Assembly: GCA_026026165.1 (NCBI GenBank)
Contig: JAPEUD010000007.1
Span: 372,001-436,000 of the forward strand
DNA: 64,000 nt
From: Sarea resinae
Lineage: Eukaryota
Direction: 5' to 3'
How positions within the stretch are numbered: position 1 is the stretch's first letter; the number at the start of each line of letters is the position of its first letter. Positions 63,592 to 64,000 of the stretch are shown piece by piece. The notes under the pieces were generated by a model. It worked only from the letters and a program-made list of their open reading frames with translations, ran no database searches and was not told the DNA's origin. Both the position numbers and the translations under genes were made by a program.

Positions 63592-64000
63592 CACGTGACA
63601 CGACACCACAAAAACGAAACAGCCACAAAAAGGAAGAGAAAAACAGAGCAAGAATCCCAACAAGTAAACCGAACCTAGCCCTCCTCCGACTATCTCACCA
63701 GTCAAATCCACACAGCCAAGGAAGGGAAAAAAACTCCGTCAACTTTCCTCGACACACACTTCTAGCTGTACTCTCTCCTACTGCTTCCTCCCTGCCCCCG
63801 CGTTCGTCCGTCCGTCCGTTTGTCCGCTCGTTCGTTTTTCCACCCCCCCTTTTTTTTCTTCTCTCTCTCTCCCGATTCTCACAGGCCAACGAGCGACGAG
63901 CGACGAAAGACGAGGTTTCCGGGGGCCCGTCTACAGGGGATTGCTTGGCGTGTTTGGGCGTTTTTCTTTTGGGGGGAAAGGGGTTGTTCGGGTGGCGGTG

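Overview
Eukaryotic DNA from a filamentous ascomycete (Pezizomycotina), judged by short GT-AG introns with CTRAC/CTAAC branch points and fungal-specific gene families. About 17 protein-coding genes are supported. In order: a PP2C phosphatase (cut by the left edge), a coiled-coil hypothetical, the splicing factor Pad-1/RBM39, SCS7, an orphan ING-type PHD protein, a divergent pair made of an AspRS-DUF2156 fusion (ErdS) and an HSL-family hydrolase (ErdH), a CBM48-like-domain protein, a BTB-like protein, the divergent FTR1/FET3 iron-uptake pair, MIR1, a Zn2Cys6 transcription factor, a hypothetical, SUR2, TCTP and a WDR8/WRAP73-like protein. Two things stand out. (1) The complete tRNA-dependent sterol aspartylation/deacylation locus erdS-erdH, a system already described in Aspergillus, here with a phased array of CGTCA half-sites in its shared promoter. 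(2) A non-canonical U2-like AT-AC intron in FET3 (39005-39060) that must be removed to encode the HCHIEWH copper ligands. Convergent intergenic regions are rich in microsatellites and partly look RIP-mutated. I saw no tRNA, rRNA, CRISPR array or intact transposon. All calls are by eye; no database search was run.
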